DNA of 64,000 bases, from assembly GCA_965197475.1 (NCBI GenBank), contig CBDANF010000003.1, positions 1,184,001 through 1,248,000 of the forward strand, in the 5' to 3' direction. Below are positions 20,995-31,416 of this stretch, one piece after another. This stretch comes from Candidatus Poribacteria bacterium. Its GTDB lineage: Bacteria; Poribacteria; WGA-4E; WGA-3G. The position numbers and the translations under genes are program-made. The number at the start of each line of letters is the position of its first letter. Position 1 is the stretch's first letter. The notes under the pieces were generated by a model. The model was given only the letters and a program-made list of their open reading frames with translations, did no database searches and had not been told where the DNA came from.

Positions 20995-23900
20995 ATGGAT
21001 TCTAAACTCGCAGCTGATAAAGGCGGGTCCCAGCACCCGCCCGTCGACCTTGAACCCGGACAGCAACTTCACGGATTTGAAGTCAAAGCTATTACACCAA
21101 TTGATGAATTACGGGCAGTTACGATTGAATTGGCGCATAACCATAGCGGTGCTCGTCTACTTCATCTCTATACGAACGATTCCGAAAACCTTTTCTCAAT
21201 CAATTTTCCTACCCCACCTTCAGACGACATGGGAGTTCCTCACATCCTTGAGCATGCTGTCTTAGCAGGATCACAAAAATTCCCGGTTAAAGAACCGTTT
21301 TTTGAAATGATTAAGATGAGCATGGCTACTTTTATCAACGCCATGACCGGATCAGACCACACATATTATCCGGTCGCGAGCAACGTTAAAAAAGACCTTT
21401 TCAACCTTGCAGAAGTCTACTTTGATGCTGTTTTTCACCCATTACTGACTGAAGATACTTTCAGACGTGAAGGACACCATCTTGCCCCTGTCAATCCGGA
21501 AGACCCCACAGGTGATTTGAAGATTACCGGTATCGTCTATAATGAGATGAAAGGTGTTTTTTCTGATCCGGAATCGCGGTTGTATCGCTCAATGACAAGT
21601 CGTCTTTTACCTGATACACTCTATGCCAAGGAATCAGGTGGAGACCCGGATGCAATTCCTGACCTAACTTATGCGCAGCTCAAAGAATTTCACGAGACAT
21701 ATTACCATCCAAGCAATGGGTATTTCTTCCTCTACGGGGATATTCCCACGAGCGATTACCTGGCATTTCTTGCGGATAAATTAGATAAAATATCAAAAAA
21801 TGAGACCGTTGCCTCCAGACAACCCCTTAATCCGGAAGTTACGCACCAACCGAGGTGGAAATCACCGCAGACCGTATCCGATACATATCCCGTTGCACCA
21901 GATGAATCTCTCACTGAAAAGACGTATCTGATGCTGAGTTGGCTTATCGGAGATGCGACTGCCCCTGAGGATGTAGCCATGTGTCACATTCTGAGCCTAA
22001 TTCTGCTTGGTAATGAAGCAGCACCACTTAAAAAAGCGATTATTGACTCAAAATTGGGAGTGGATCTGATTTACTCTGGGGCGAGTTCTATCGGTCCCAA
22101 CAGTACTTTTTACGTCGGACTCAAAGGGAGTGAAGCAGACCGCGCCGAGGCATTCGCAGAATTAGTCACTAACACCTTAACCGAACTTGCTGAGAATGAG
22201 TTAGATAGTGGAATGGTAGAAGCAGCATTCCAACAGTCAACTTATCACTATCAAGAAGTGGCACCGATGTTTCCGCTCCGTATGCTTTTCCGTGTTATTG
22301 AAGCATGGATATACAACAACGATTCGGATGCCTTCTTGAAGATGGGCGAAAGTCTCGCTACCATCCATCAACGATGGGAAGAAAACCCATCTATCTTCAA
22401 CGAAATGATACGCGAACGGCTTGTTGACAATCCGCATCGTTTGAGCAGTGTGCTATCACCCGATCCGAACATGCAAGCAAAACTTGATGCTGAATTGGAA
22501 CAACGCACCAAGGATATCCGCGCACAACTTACCGACGAACAGGCGAAACAGATTGCCGCAGCTGCTGCAGAATTAGAACGGATGAACGGGCAACCGAATC
22601 CACCGGAAGCATTGGCAAAACTGCCGCAACTTCAAGTCGGTGATCTTCCTGATAAACCGAAACATATCCCTACGAGTGTTGAGAAAGTGAATGAGCAAGA
22701 TCTCCTCTGTAATGATGTATTTGCAAACGGGGTTAACTATCTCATACTGAACTTTGACTTGAAAGGACTACCGCAGCATCTTTGGACATATCTACCAAGA
22801 TATACCGATGCAATTAGCAAACTCGGTGCGGCAGATTTGAATTTTGTAGAAATGGCAAGACGAAAATCATCCGTCACAGGTGGGATCGGATGTGGGGCAG
22901 GATTTAACACACACGCGCTTGATGGTAACCGTTCAATGCAAAACATGCGTTTCAGTATGAAAGCACTTGATGCCAAAATGGACGCTGCACTTGATGTCCT
23001 TCATGATTACGTTTTTTCTGCGAACCCGCGTGATATGGAACGTCTTCACGATGTATTAGTCCAAGCTGTCGCTGAATACCGCACTGAGATGGTTCAGGAT
23101 GGCTCAAGCACCGCAATTCATCACGCATCTCGTGGACTCTCTCCGCAAGCGCACCTCGCAGAGATTGTTTATGGACTCCCGCAACTCCGCGACAGTGAAA
23201 CACTGCTCAACAGTTTTGACGAACTTAACAGCGACCTTATGGGTCATATAGAAGAGATTCGCGATTTCCTGTTAACCCGTGGACGCGTGACTGCAAGTTT
23301 CACAGGATCAGATTCGGCTTACGAAACGACCCACGCAAAACTTGGTGAATGGCTCAGCACTATGAGAGATGAACCGCTTGTATCTGAACCCATAACCTTT
23401 GAAACGTTTGATACGCCGCCGCGTGAGGGATTGGCAGGACCGATTCAGATTGCGCATTGTGCACACGTAATACCGGCACCGCATTATTCACATCCGGATT
23501 CTACGTTGCTTACTATCGGTGCACATCTCATAGGGATGGATTATATTCTAAGTGAAATCCGCTTTAAAGGCAACGCTTACGGTGCCAGGCTATCCTATAG
23601 TCCATTTGATGCGGCACTTTACCAATCCTCGTTCAGGGACCCGCACGTAGCTCGGACAATTAATGTTTTTGAGCAAACGGTAGACTACATCAAACAGGTG
23701 GAGTGGACGCAAACAGACATTGACCGTGCTATTATCGCAACGGCTAAAAATGCTGAAAAACCGCTTCGTCCAAGTCAAGCTGCAAGCGACGCGCTGAGTT
23801 ATCATCTCACTGGACAGACGCGCGAAATGCGAGAGGAACGTTATACACAACTTCGCAGTGCGACACCTAACGAGGTAAAACGCGCGCTGCTCCAACTTTT

Positions 23901-24012
23901 TGAGGAAAACAAGGATAATGCAGCGGTTTGTGTCGTCTCAAGTCGAGAAAAACTGGAATCGGCAAACAGTGAACTTGTACAACCTCTTGTGATTGAGGAT
24001 ATATTGACCTAA
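20995..24012 (+). CDS. M16C (presequence protease/insulinase family) peptidase
   Basis: GVPHILEHAVLAGSQKFPVKEPF, FINAMT, GIVYNEMKG, EIRFKGNAYG, SFRDP. Confidence 0.93.
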   Translation: MDSKLAADKGGSQHPPVDLEPGQQLHGFEVKAITPIDELRAVTIELAHNHSGARLLHLYTNDSENLFSINFPTPPSDDMGVPHILEHAVLAGSQKFPVKEPFFEMIKMSMATFINAMTGSDHTYYPVASNVKKDLFNLAEVYFDAVFHPLLTEDTFRREGHHLAPVNPEDPTGDLKITGIVYNEMKGVFSDPESRLYRSMTSRLLPDTLYAKESGGDPDAIPDLTYAQLKEFHETYYHPSNGYFFLYGDIPTSDYLAFLADKLDKISKNETVASRQPLNPEVTHQPRWKSPQTVSDTYPVAPDESLTEKTYLMLSWLIGDATAPEDVAMCHILSLILLGNEAAPLKKAIIDSKLGVDLIYSGASSIGPNSTFYVGLKGSEADRAEAFAELVTNTLTELAENELDSGMVEAAFQQSTYHYQEVAPMFPLRMLFRVIEAWIYNNDSDAFLKMGESLATIHQRWEENPSIFNEMIRERLVDNPHRLSSVLSPDPNMQAKLDAELEQRTKDIRAQLTDEQAKQIAAAAAELERMNGQPNPPEALAKLPQLQVGDLPDKPKHIPTSVEKVNEQDLLCNDVFANGVNYLILNFDLKGLPQHLWTYLPRYTDAISKLGAADLNFVEMARRKSSVTGGIGCGAGFNTHALDGNRSMQNMRFSMKALDAKMDAALDVLHDYVFSANPRDMERLHDVLVQAVAEYRTEMVQDGSSTAIHHASRGLSPQAHLAEIVYGLPQLRDSETLLNSFDELNSDLMGHIEEIRDFLLTRGRVTASFTGSDSAYETTHAKLGEWLSTMRDEPLVSEPITFETFDTPPREGLAGPIQIAHCAHVIPAPHYSHPDSTLLTIGAHLIGMDYILSEIRFKGNAYGARLSYSPFDAALYQSSFRDPHVARTINVFEQTVDYIKQVEWTQTDIDRAIIATAKNAEKPLRPSQAASDALSYHLTGQTREMREERYTQLRSATPNEVKRALLQLFEENKDNAAVCVVSSREKLESANSELVQPLVIEDILT

Positions 24013-24023
24013 TAGTTGAGTTG

Positions 24024-24053
24024 TTGGGTTTCGCTGCGCTCTACCCAACCTAC
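24024..24053. repeat. GTAG-type REP (gttgggtttcg...ctacccaacctac family)
   Basis: Palindromic; related copies near 15645, 29462, 30081, 41741, 53663. Confidence 0.75.
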
Positions 24054-24086
24054 GAATCACCATAACAAAGATAAAAGGAAATTAAA

Positions 24087-25484
24087 ATGATGAAAAAATT
24101 GGGAATTTTGACGATATGTATTTGTGCTCTGGCGATGTTCGTTGCGTGTAGTTCAAAAACCACTGATGAGTCGGTAGTTGATACTGAACAAACGCCCAAT
24201 TTTGAAAAAAACTGGCATCACTGGCGCGGTCCACACACAACCGGTGCCGCTATTAATGCAAATCCGCCTACTACATGGAGCGAGACAGAAAACATTCGCT
24301 GGAAGGTCCCTATTCCCGGTATGGGGCATGCCACACCAATAGTCTGGGAAGATAAAATCTTCATCCAGACCGCGATTAAAGGCGAGATGCCCGAAACACA
24401 AACTGAGAACACAGAAGCTGAAAATCCGCCCGAAGACTCTCGACGGAGAAGGCGAGGTAGAAGGGGAAACAGAACTTATCCTCCGTATAAGTTTAATCTG
24501 CTTGCACTCAACAGAAGTGACGGAAGCATTTTGTGGAAGAAAACCCTTAAAGAAACCGCTCCTCATGAAGGAATGCACGAACATGCAAGTTTCGCATCTA
24601 ACTCGCCAATAACCGATGGAGAACATATTTATGCGTATTTCGGCTCTCGCGGTCTATACTGCTTGGACATGAAGGGAAATCTGAAGTGGGAAAAAGATAT
24701 TGGAAAGATGCGGAAAAGCGGCACCTTCGGTGAAGGTAGCTGCCCTATCATCCACGGTAACACGATCGTTATCCTCCAAGACCACGAAGGTCCATCCTTC
24801 ATCATAGCGTTGGATAAGCGGACAGGTGACGAACTGTGGAAAATTGACCGAGATGAACGGACCACGTGGACATCGCCTATTGTTGTGGAACACAGTGGCA
24901 AACCACAGGTAATTGTCTCTGCTACAAATAGGTCGCGTAGTTATGATTTAGAAACCGGCGAGGTTTTATGGGAATGTGGTGGGATGACAGGAAACGTTAT
25001 ACCTACACCTGTAGCTGCCGATGGATTTGTTTACCTCATCAGTGGTTTCCGAAATGCCGCGCTGCAAGCTGTTAACCTTGCAAATGCCGTAGGTGATATT
25101 ACCGGATCCGAAGAAGCCATCGCTTGGGAATACAATCATGACACGCCTTATGTACCATCACCACTCCTACACGGGGATATCATCTACTTCCTAAAGGGCA
25201 ACAATTTAATTTCAGCTGTTAACAGAATAACAGGTGTCTCACACTACGGACCTGACCCTGAAAGGATAAGAGGCATATCTGGTGTTTACGCCTCAATTGT
25301 TGGCGCAGGGGACCGCGTTTACGTCGCCAGTAGGAATGGCACTGTAGCCGTTCTAAAACACGGACCTACCTTTGAAATTCTGGCGACAAATAAATTAGAA
25401 GATAGTTTCAATGCATCGCCTGCCATTGTTGAGTCTGAGTTATACCTACGTGGCACTCGGTATCTCTACTGTATAGCAGAATAA
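24087..25484 (+). CDS. PQQ-like beta-propeller lipoprotein
   Basis: Lipobox FVAC; NWHHWRGP, WSETENIRWK, PYVPSPL, FNASPAI. Confidence 0.87.
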   Translation: MMKKLGILTICICALAMFVACSSKTTDESVVDTEQTPNFEKNWHHWRGPHTTGAAINANPPTTWSETENIRWKVPIPGMGHATPIVWEDKIFIQTAIKGEMPETQTENTEAENPPEDSRRRRRGRRGNRTYPPYKFNLLALNRSDGSILWKKTLKETAPHEGMHEHASFASNSPITDGEHIYAYFGSRGLYCLDMKGNLKWEKDIGKMRKSGTFGEGSCPIIHGNTIVILQDHEGPSFIIALDKRTGDELWKIDRDERTTWTSPIVVEHSGKPQVIVSATNRSRSYDLETGEVLWECGGMTGNVIPTPVAADGFVYLISGFRNAALQAVNLANAVGDITGSEEAIAWEYNHDTPYVPSPLLHGDIIYFLKGNNLISAVNRITGVSHYGPDPERIRGISGVYASIVGAGDRVYVASRNGTVAVLKHGPTFEILATNKLEDSFNASPAIVESELYLRGTRYLYCIAE

Positions 25485-25506
25485 CTACAACGTTGTTTTC
25501 ATCTTA

Positions 25507-25533
25507 AGGGTGGGCCTTTGTGCCCGCCTTTTT
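25507..25533 (+). terminator. Probable intrinsic terminator
   Basis: aagggtgggc-ctttgt-gcccgcctt hairpin followed by a T-run after the stop. Confidence 0.55.
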
Positions 25534-25657
25534 ACTGTCTGAACCAGGATTTGATAATGCCAGGTTTCAAAGCATACTAACGGCTACTGATAGTCCTTAG
25601 ACATTTTCATTGATATCCGATAACAAATATGATTAAATATATGTCAAGGAGCAATCT

Positions 25658-26010
25658 ATGAAAAATGTCCTATTAATCTCAATACTCTTTTGTACAATCA
25701 CAGGACCTGTCCTCGGTGATTTAACACAGACAGACCTTGATAAAATACGTTTGGTGATCAATGATGAAATCAAGAAAGAAATTTCTAACTCTGAAACGCG
25801 GATGAAAGAGTATATAAACATCAAAATTGAAAGTGTAGAAAAACGATTAAACATGTTGTTTGGTGTCGTCATTGCTTTAATCGCGGTTGTTGGAATTCCC
25901 AAATCGTTGTCGCATGGCGTAGTTCTAAATATAATGAATTAGAAAAACAGGTGGAACAACTCACACAAGAAATCCAAACCCTGAAGCAGCAGCGTATTGT
26001 AAGTTCCTGA
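25658..26010 (+). pseudogene. Small coiled-coil/TM protein with 1-nt frameshift
   Basis: After VVGIP another frame continues QIVVAWRSSKYNELEKQVEQLTQEIQTLKQQRIVSS* (to 26010). Confidence 0.6.
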
Positions 26011-26076
26011 ATAAGTTAAGCGAGGTATCACAGATATATCACTTTCACATTGGTGTATTTCTTTCTCCTTTTATAT

Positions 26077-26823
26077 CTAATAGGTAGCTCTACCTCCGCT
26101 GACATCGTAACACTGTCCTGTTACAAAACTTGCCTCATCTGAGGCTAAGAAATTAACGACAGCGGCAACCTCTTCAGGTTTGCCTACGCGCCCCAATGGA
26201 ATCTTACTTACCATATAATCAATTGTGGATTGCGCCATGCCTTCCAAAATCGGTGTTTCAATTACCGCAGGCGACACCGCATTCACACGGATATTATAGT
26301 CCGTTACCTCTTTCGCGAGTGCTTTTGTCAAGCAGATAACACCCGCCTTAGACACGGAATACGGAATAAGTGTTGGATTGCCTTCCTTGCCAGCAATTGA
26401 AGCAATATTCACAATTCTGCCGTAATCCTGCGCAATCATCGGACTAATCACCGCCTTACAACAGAGGAAAACACCTGTCAGATTCACACCTATTACAGCG
26501 TTCCAATCCGATTCCTCCAAATCTGTTAGCGGTAGTGTTCTCCCCGCAATTCCGGCATTGTTGACAAGGATATCAACTCGTCCAAATTCTGAAAGGACAT
26601 TTTTTATCGCATAATTGACATCAGATGCCTGGGAAACATCCGCTTGAATCGGGAGTGCTTGCCGACCAAGTTTTTCTATATTCTTCGCAACGACTTCAGC
26701 TGATGACAGGTTTAAATCCATGATAGCTACGTCTGCTCCGGCATTCGCAAACCTGATGGCAATGGCTTTCCCGATACCTTGCCCTGCTCCCGTAACAATT
26801 GCAAATTTATTATTCAAATTCAC
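26077..26823 (-). CDS. SDR family (FabG-like) oxidoreductase
   Basis: TGAGQGIG, NNAG, YSVSK. Confidence 0.92.
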   Translation of the reverse strand: MNLNNKFAIVTGAGQGIGKAIAIRFANAGADVAIMDLNLSSAEVVAKNIEKLGRQALPIQADVSQASDVNYAIKNVLSEFGRVDILVNNAGIAGRTLPLTDLEESDWNAVIGVNLTGVFLCCKAVISPMIAQDYGRIVNIASIAGKEGNPTLIPYSVSKAGVICLTKALAKEVTDYNIRVNAVSPAVIETPILEGMAQSTIDYMVSKIPLGRVGKPEEVAAVVNFLASDEASFVTGQCYDVSGGRATY

Positions 26824-27379
26824 ATGTCCACCTCTGTTCTAAGAAATCGTCTAATTCAATTCCAAATGCGTCCGCTATCCGATTAACATAACTGAAAAAT
26901 CCAACGACCTCCACAATAGCGAACAATGCCTCATCAGTGAGACCATAATCACGAAGGTGTTCTAAATCTGCGGGTGTGATGGTATGCGCTGCCTCAGTCA
27001 CTTTGACTGCGAATTCAAGGATAGCTTTCGTAATATCATTGATGTCAGCATTTCGGAAATCGGATGCAATATCTTTTGCAAGTTGCTTATCTGTGAGTTG
27101 GTCCCGCAACTCATCTGCATGCGCAACCGTTCAGTAGTGGCACTGATTTACTTTTGAGACAACGGTAGCAATCATTTCCCGTTGTGCGCGAGTGAGAGGG
27201 GATTCATCGTCGTGCATTACCACTTTGTAAAGCTCAACAAAAGCACGCATGCTTTTTGGACGAACACTGAATAATTTGACGATATTGTAAAGCTGTCCCG
27301 CCCGTGCTATCGCTGCGTCATATTCCTCTTTCACGATGCCAGTAGCTTCCGCTTGATCTACAGTTTCAATCCATGCCAT
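26810..27379 (-). CDS. AhpD/CMD-like peroxidase-related selenoprotein (in-frame UGA at 27131-27133, CxxU)
   Basis: ...VSKVNQCHY-TGA-TVAHADELRDQL... joins two ORF-track ORFs in one frame; UGA occupies the second Cys position of the AhpD CxxC motif. Confidence 0.85.
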
Positions 27380-27382
27380 CTT

Positions 27383-28630
27383 TTACTCACCAATGACGAT
27401 GCCGTATTCACCAACGACTGCACCTCTGTGTCCAGATTGATAATGCAGATGCCGCTCACCCACGATCGGTTGTGAGCTTTGCACTTCAACAGAGCCGCGT
27501 ACGTTCCCCATTGCAGCTTCGTCAACATCTCCACAACACCGGGGTTTAATCTGCCGATGTAGTTGCCGCCGAATTTCACCACGTTTATTTCGGACAATTA
27601 TGTTGACAAACGCATCTACTTCTCCAACGTTGAGAAAACGAAACCAGTCTTTCGCACCACTTGCAACTTCTGGGAAAAACAACCGAAGACCGACTTGACC
27701 ACCTTCTTCGGATGCACCAGGAAGGTCAATGACAGCGGTTCCACTGTGCATGTGACGTTCTGCCACAATCGGTTGATCGCATCGTATCATTATGGAAGAT
27801 TTGATTTTAATATCCTCCATCTTCGGCATCCAGCACTCAAAAGGATCTAAATCGTGTTCCATTGTTGTCACGGGGTTTCCGGTCCCATCTTCATGTGCTA
27901 TCAGCGTTACCTTACCACTTTCTCTACCGACATTAACAATGACCGCCCAGTCTTGCCACGCAGGTCCAACCTCTGGAAAATAGAGGGTCCGCGGTGCGTC
28001 AGAGATAACTTGACCGTATTGTCCAACACAGGTTTTCCCACCTTGATAATGGAGATGCCGTTCCCCCACAATCGGTTGTGTGCTTTGCACCTCAACCGTG
28101 CCAGTAACGTTGCCCATCAAACCTTCGGCTATATCCCAACAGCATAACGGCTTGATTGGATGGTGGTGTTGCCTAACAATATCACCGCGCCGGTTACGGA
28201 TGATTATGTTTACCAATGCATCTGCCTCGCTAACGTTCAAAAACCGAAACCAGTCAAGTGCCCCGGAAACCAATTCTGGAAAAAAAAGCCGTAGACCGAC
28301 TGTTTCATATTCCTCTGCCGCCCCCACAAAATCGAGAATGTTCGTGTTGTTGTGCATGTGGCGTTCCGCCACAATCGGTTGATCAGCGGTTAGCTGCATC
28401 GAGGAATTCTGTTTAATCGCTTCTACGTTTGGTGTCCAACATTCAAAGGGGGAAATCTCCTTCTCCTCCGTCCAAGTCGGTTGACCGTTGCCAGCGTGCC
28501 TGGCTATTCCTGTGACACGGGTTTCCTCTGTCCCTACGTTGATAACTTGTACCCAGTCCTGCCAAGATGGACCTACCTCTGGAAAATATAACGTTGTTGC
28601 AAGTGCCATTAATCTCTCCTTCTCTTTCAT
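27383..28630 (-). CDS. Hypothetical protein with four ~100-aa internal repeats
   Basis: 4x L[YF]FPE[VL]...DW...NV...QPIV[AG]ERH arranged ABAB. Confidence 0.8.
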   Translation of the reverse strand: MKEKERLMALATTLYFPEVGPSWQDWVQVINVGTEETRVTGIARHAGNGQPTWTEEKEISPFECWTPNVEAIKQNSSMQLTADQPIVAERHMHNNTNILDFVGAAEEYETVGLRLFFPELVSGALDWFRFLNVSEADALVNIIIRNRRGDIVRQHHHPIKPLCCWDIAEGLMGNVTGTVEVQSTQPIVGERHLHYQGGKTCVGQYGQVISDAPRTLYFPEVGPAWQDWAVIVNVGRESGKVTLIAHEDGTGNPVTTMEHDLDPFECWMPKMEDIKIKSSIMIRCDQPIVAERHMHSGTAVIDLPGASEEGGQVGLRLFFPEVASGAKDWFRFLNVGEVDAFVNIIVRNKRGEIRRQLHRQIKPRCCGDVDEAAMGNVRGSVEVQSSQPIVGERHLHYQSGHRGAVVGEYGIVIGE

Positions 28631-28733
28631 TAGAACTATTTGTACTTGATATAATCTTATGTTTCCGCTACAATTTTAACTTAATATTACCTATTATTCC
28701 ACTAAAATTTGGCACACCCTACGGAGGTTATTG

Positions 28734-29018
28734 ATGGCACGAAAAAAACTTACTGACGTTGAAATTCAGAAAAACTTGGAAAAACTCAACGGTTGGACTA
28801 TCGAGAATGGTAAACTACATAAGGAATTCCAGTTTGACAACTTCGTTACGGCTTTCGGTTTCATGACACAACTCGCCTTAATCGCCGAATCAATGAACCA
28901 TCATCCGGAATGGTTCAACGTCTATAACCGCGTGACAATTGACATGAGCACACACGATGCGGATGGCATTACGGAATTGGACATTAAATTCGCTGAACAT
29001 GCTGATGCGCTTGCGTAG
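28734..29018 (+). CDS. phhB: Pterin-4-alpha-carbinolamine dehydratase
   Basis: AESMNHHPEWFNVYNRV...THDADGITELD. Confidence 0.93.
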   Translation: MARKKLTDVEIQKNLEKLNGWTIENGKLHKEFQFDNFVTAFGFMTQLALIAESMNHHPEWFNVYNRVTIDMSTHDADGITELDIKFAEHADALA

Positions 29019-29171
29019 AGTGAGGATTAATTGAGGGTGGTACATAATTCTTCTTTTCTTGTAGAAGGGTTTGTAACCCTGACACTCTGTTGTAGTTGTG
29101 CATTCACGCGTCTCTTCTGGCAGCGGTATTTATGAGTTATAGTATTTTCTGAGGATGGGCACAGTACTATA

Positions 29172-29315
29172 ACCCAAGTTGCCACCTTTTTGCGGACCCT
29201 CTTGTAGGAGGGGTTTCTAACCCCGATTTACAGTGGAAAACATCAGAGGAAAATCCTTATTTTTCCGATTGAAACAGTGTCTGCTTGCTTAAAATTTGTA
29301 AGTAGCAACTTGGGT
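29172..29315. mobile_element. IS982-like MITE with 7-bp TSD, carrying a REP
   Basis: TIR acccaagttgc/gcaacttgggt flanked by TACTATA on both sides; internal gtaggaggggtttctaaccccgat. Confidence 0.8.
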
Positions 29316-29426
29316 TACTATAGCAAAAATTGCTTTTTACTATCTTTTTCCGGATAGGTGTCTCTATAAGGATGAAGCCACATTGTGTGGCGAATCTAAA
29401 GCTTTTTTGTCAGGCATCCAAGATTA

Positions 29427-30145
29427 TACCATTTCTAAGTTATTATATTGCATTAATTCGTCCGTTGGGTAGAGTTTGCGAAACCCATTATGTGTCAACT
29501 TAAGGAAATTAACCCTTATTTGTATGTATTTCAGCTCCAGCAGGGCGAAAGGTGTCCAGAAAACGCGTATAAAAAACTTCTTTAGCCCCAGCGGGGCGAA
29601 AGGTATATAAAAAACTCGTGATAACAATTTGATCTTGATGTGTGCACCAAAACAGGATACACCTTTCGCCCCGCTGGGACTAAAGATTAGGTAATCACAC
29701 GCTACTATACACCTATCGTCCCGCTGGGACTAAAGACTCATATATGTCCAACTGACATTTCTCAAATGGCTTATATGTCAATATAGACAAGGGTTCTCTT
29801 GAATTGCGGTCATGAAAATGCTTTCTGAAAATCGGATATGATTTTAGATTTTCCTAAATTTTCAATCCAAATAGCACTGTATTGTCCGTTAGAGTAGTCA
29901 TGAATACGCAAAAATCAAGCAAAACTGTCTAAGACAAAGAGCATTTTCATGTTGTTATACGCTCTTAGTGTTGGTAGTTAATGGGTTCCTGACGATTTTG
30001 AGAAATATCAGTCCAATATATATTTTTAAGTTGGCACATAAGGGTAGAGCGACACGAAACCCAACAACAGTGTGACAGAGTTGGGTTTCGCAAAATCTAC
30101 CTAACGGACAGGCTACTATGACAATTTGTCAATTAGATATGGTAT
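29427..30145. mobile_element. Nested MITE/REP composite
   Basis: Outer taccatttctaa/ttagatatggta; inner cccattatgtgtcaacttaa (29484)/ttaagttggcacataaggg (30044); four gccccagcggggc-type palindromes 29533-29732. Confidence 0.65.
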
Positions 30146-30275
30146 TAGCCTGAACCATTCAGTTTAAACGTTGTGTGGTTCCGGCATAATGAGTAAATTG
30201 TAAACTGTGGTTGAGACGTTCACCCGAAACTGCTTGGACGCTTCCTACTACATACGACTAATTGGAGAAAAGAAT

Positions 30276-30719
30276 ATGAGAATATCTGTGAAATTGAGCT
30301 GTATTATGCTTCTCACACTTGTCCTCCTATGTAGATGCGATTGGTTTCGTGAAACAAAAGAGGTCGCTCAAGAAGAACTTGGGCCCAAGGAACTTCTGCG
30401 AAAGTATGAATGGTTTAAAAACGCATCAAGTCAACTTGATAAGAAACAGGCAGATATTAAAGTTTATCAAAAACGTATCACTTCAATGTCAAAGAATTAT
30501 ACTGACATACCGCGCAACAAATGGGCGCGCGAAGACAGAGAGCAATACAACCTTTGGGAATCGGAAGTCGCGGGAATAAAAGCCAGTTACAATACGCTTG
30601 CCGCAGATTATAATGCACAGATGGCAAAAGTAAATTGGCGTTTTACAAATGTAGGACAATTACCGGAAGGTGCAATAAATCCTTTACCTCGTGAATTCAA
30701 GCCTTACCAGGAGGAATAG
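30276..30719 (+). CDS. Hypothetical exported coiled-coil protein (probable lipoprotein)
   Basis: ATG after GGAG, hydrophobic leader with Cys, helical body. Confidence 0.75.
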   Translation: MRISVKLSCIMLLTLVLLCRCDWFRETKEVAQEELGPKELLRKYEWFKNASSQLDKKQADIKVYQKRITSMSKNYTDIPRNKWAREDREQYNLWESEVAGIKASYNTLAADYNAQMAKVNWRFTNVGQLPEGAINPLPREFKPYQEE

Positions 30720-30726
30720 AGAAGTT

Positions 30727-31290
30727 ATGAAATTTAGTGTGTGTCTATTCACAGTTATGATCGGTTTAATTTGTGTCTTTAGTGGGTGTTCAGAACCGTT
30801 TGAACCTGTTTCGAGTTCCGGGGTTAAAACCACCCAGGTTGAGGTGCCGGTAAATGCCGAAGGTATCACTGTGGAACAACAGAATATTCGGGATAGGTTG
30901 ATAATGGACAACCAAGTTGGAAGTATCAAGCACCTTTACGTGATATCGGCATACAGCGGGCAAACCATCATCTACTCCACAGTACGAGGAAAGGTGACAA
31001 GCAGCGGTAAGCGGTTGTCACCAACATCCGTGGTTGTCGGTGATCATGACGAGCACAAAGGTCATGGATATTCTGTTATACCCGGTAGTCATCAATTGGT
31101 CACGGACGAAATTGTGCAAGATGATGGTACGTACGGATCATCTACCCCTTATTTGTATTGGTGGGATACCAAAGGTGTTTACCATCAGCACTATGTTTCG
31201 GGTGGACAAATTATTCATGTTTCGAATGAACCCATCAGCGTAAAAGGTGTTGTCATTAACATGGCAATAGAGAAACCAATGTCCGAGTAA
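30727..31290 (+). CDS. Hypothetical lipoprotein
   Basis: FSGC lipobox; RGKVTSSGKRL, DGTYGSS, YLYWWD; starts 7 nt after the upstream stop. Confidence 0.78.
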   Translation: MKFSVCLFTVMIGLICVFSGCSEPFEPVSSSGVKTTQVEVPVNAEGITVEQQNIRDRLIMDNQVGSIKHLYVISAYSGQTIIYSTVRGKVTSSGKRLSPTSVVVGDHDEHKGHGYSVIPGSHQLVTDEIVQDDGTYGSSTPYLYWWDTKGVYHQHYVSGGQIIHVSNEPISVKGVVINMAIEKPMSE

Positions 31291-31416
31291 TTAGTGATCT
31301 TCTCAAGTCCACATTATAAACGAGTTAGAAATGTTAAAAAGATGAGACAATTTTCTGATAAATTAGTGGACACAGTCCTTGAGTTCCAAAAACCCTTATG
31401 AAAGAGGTATATTTTC

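Noticed and set aside
29520-29740. Regularly spaced palindromes resembling a CRISPR array
   Set aside because: Only four degenerate units, two inverted relative to the others, dispersed copies elsewhere, no cas genes: REP-type repeats.
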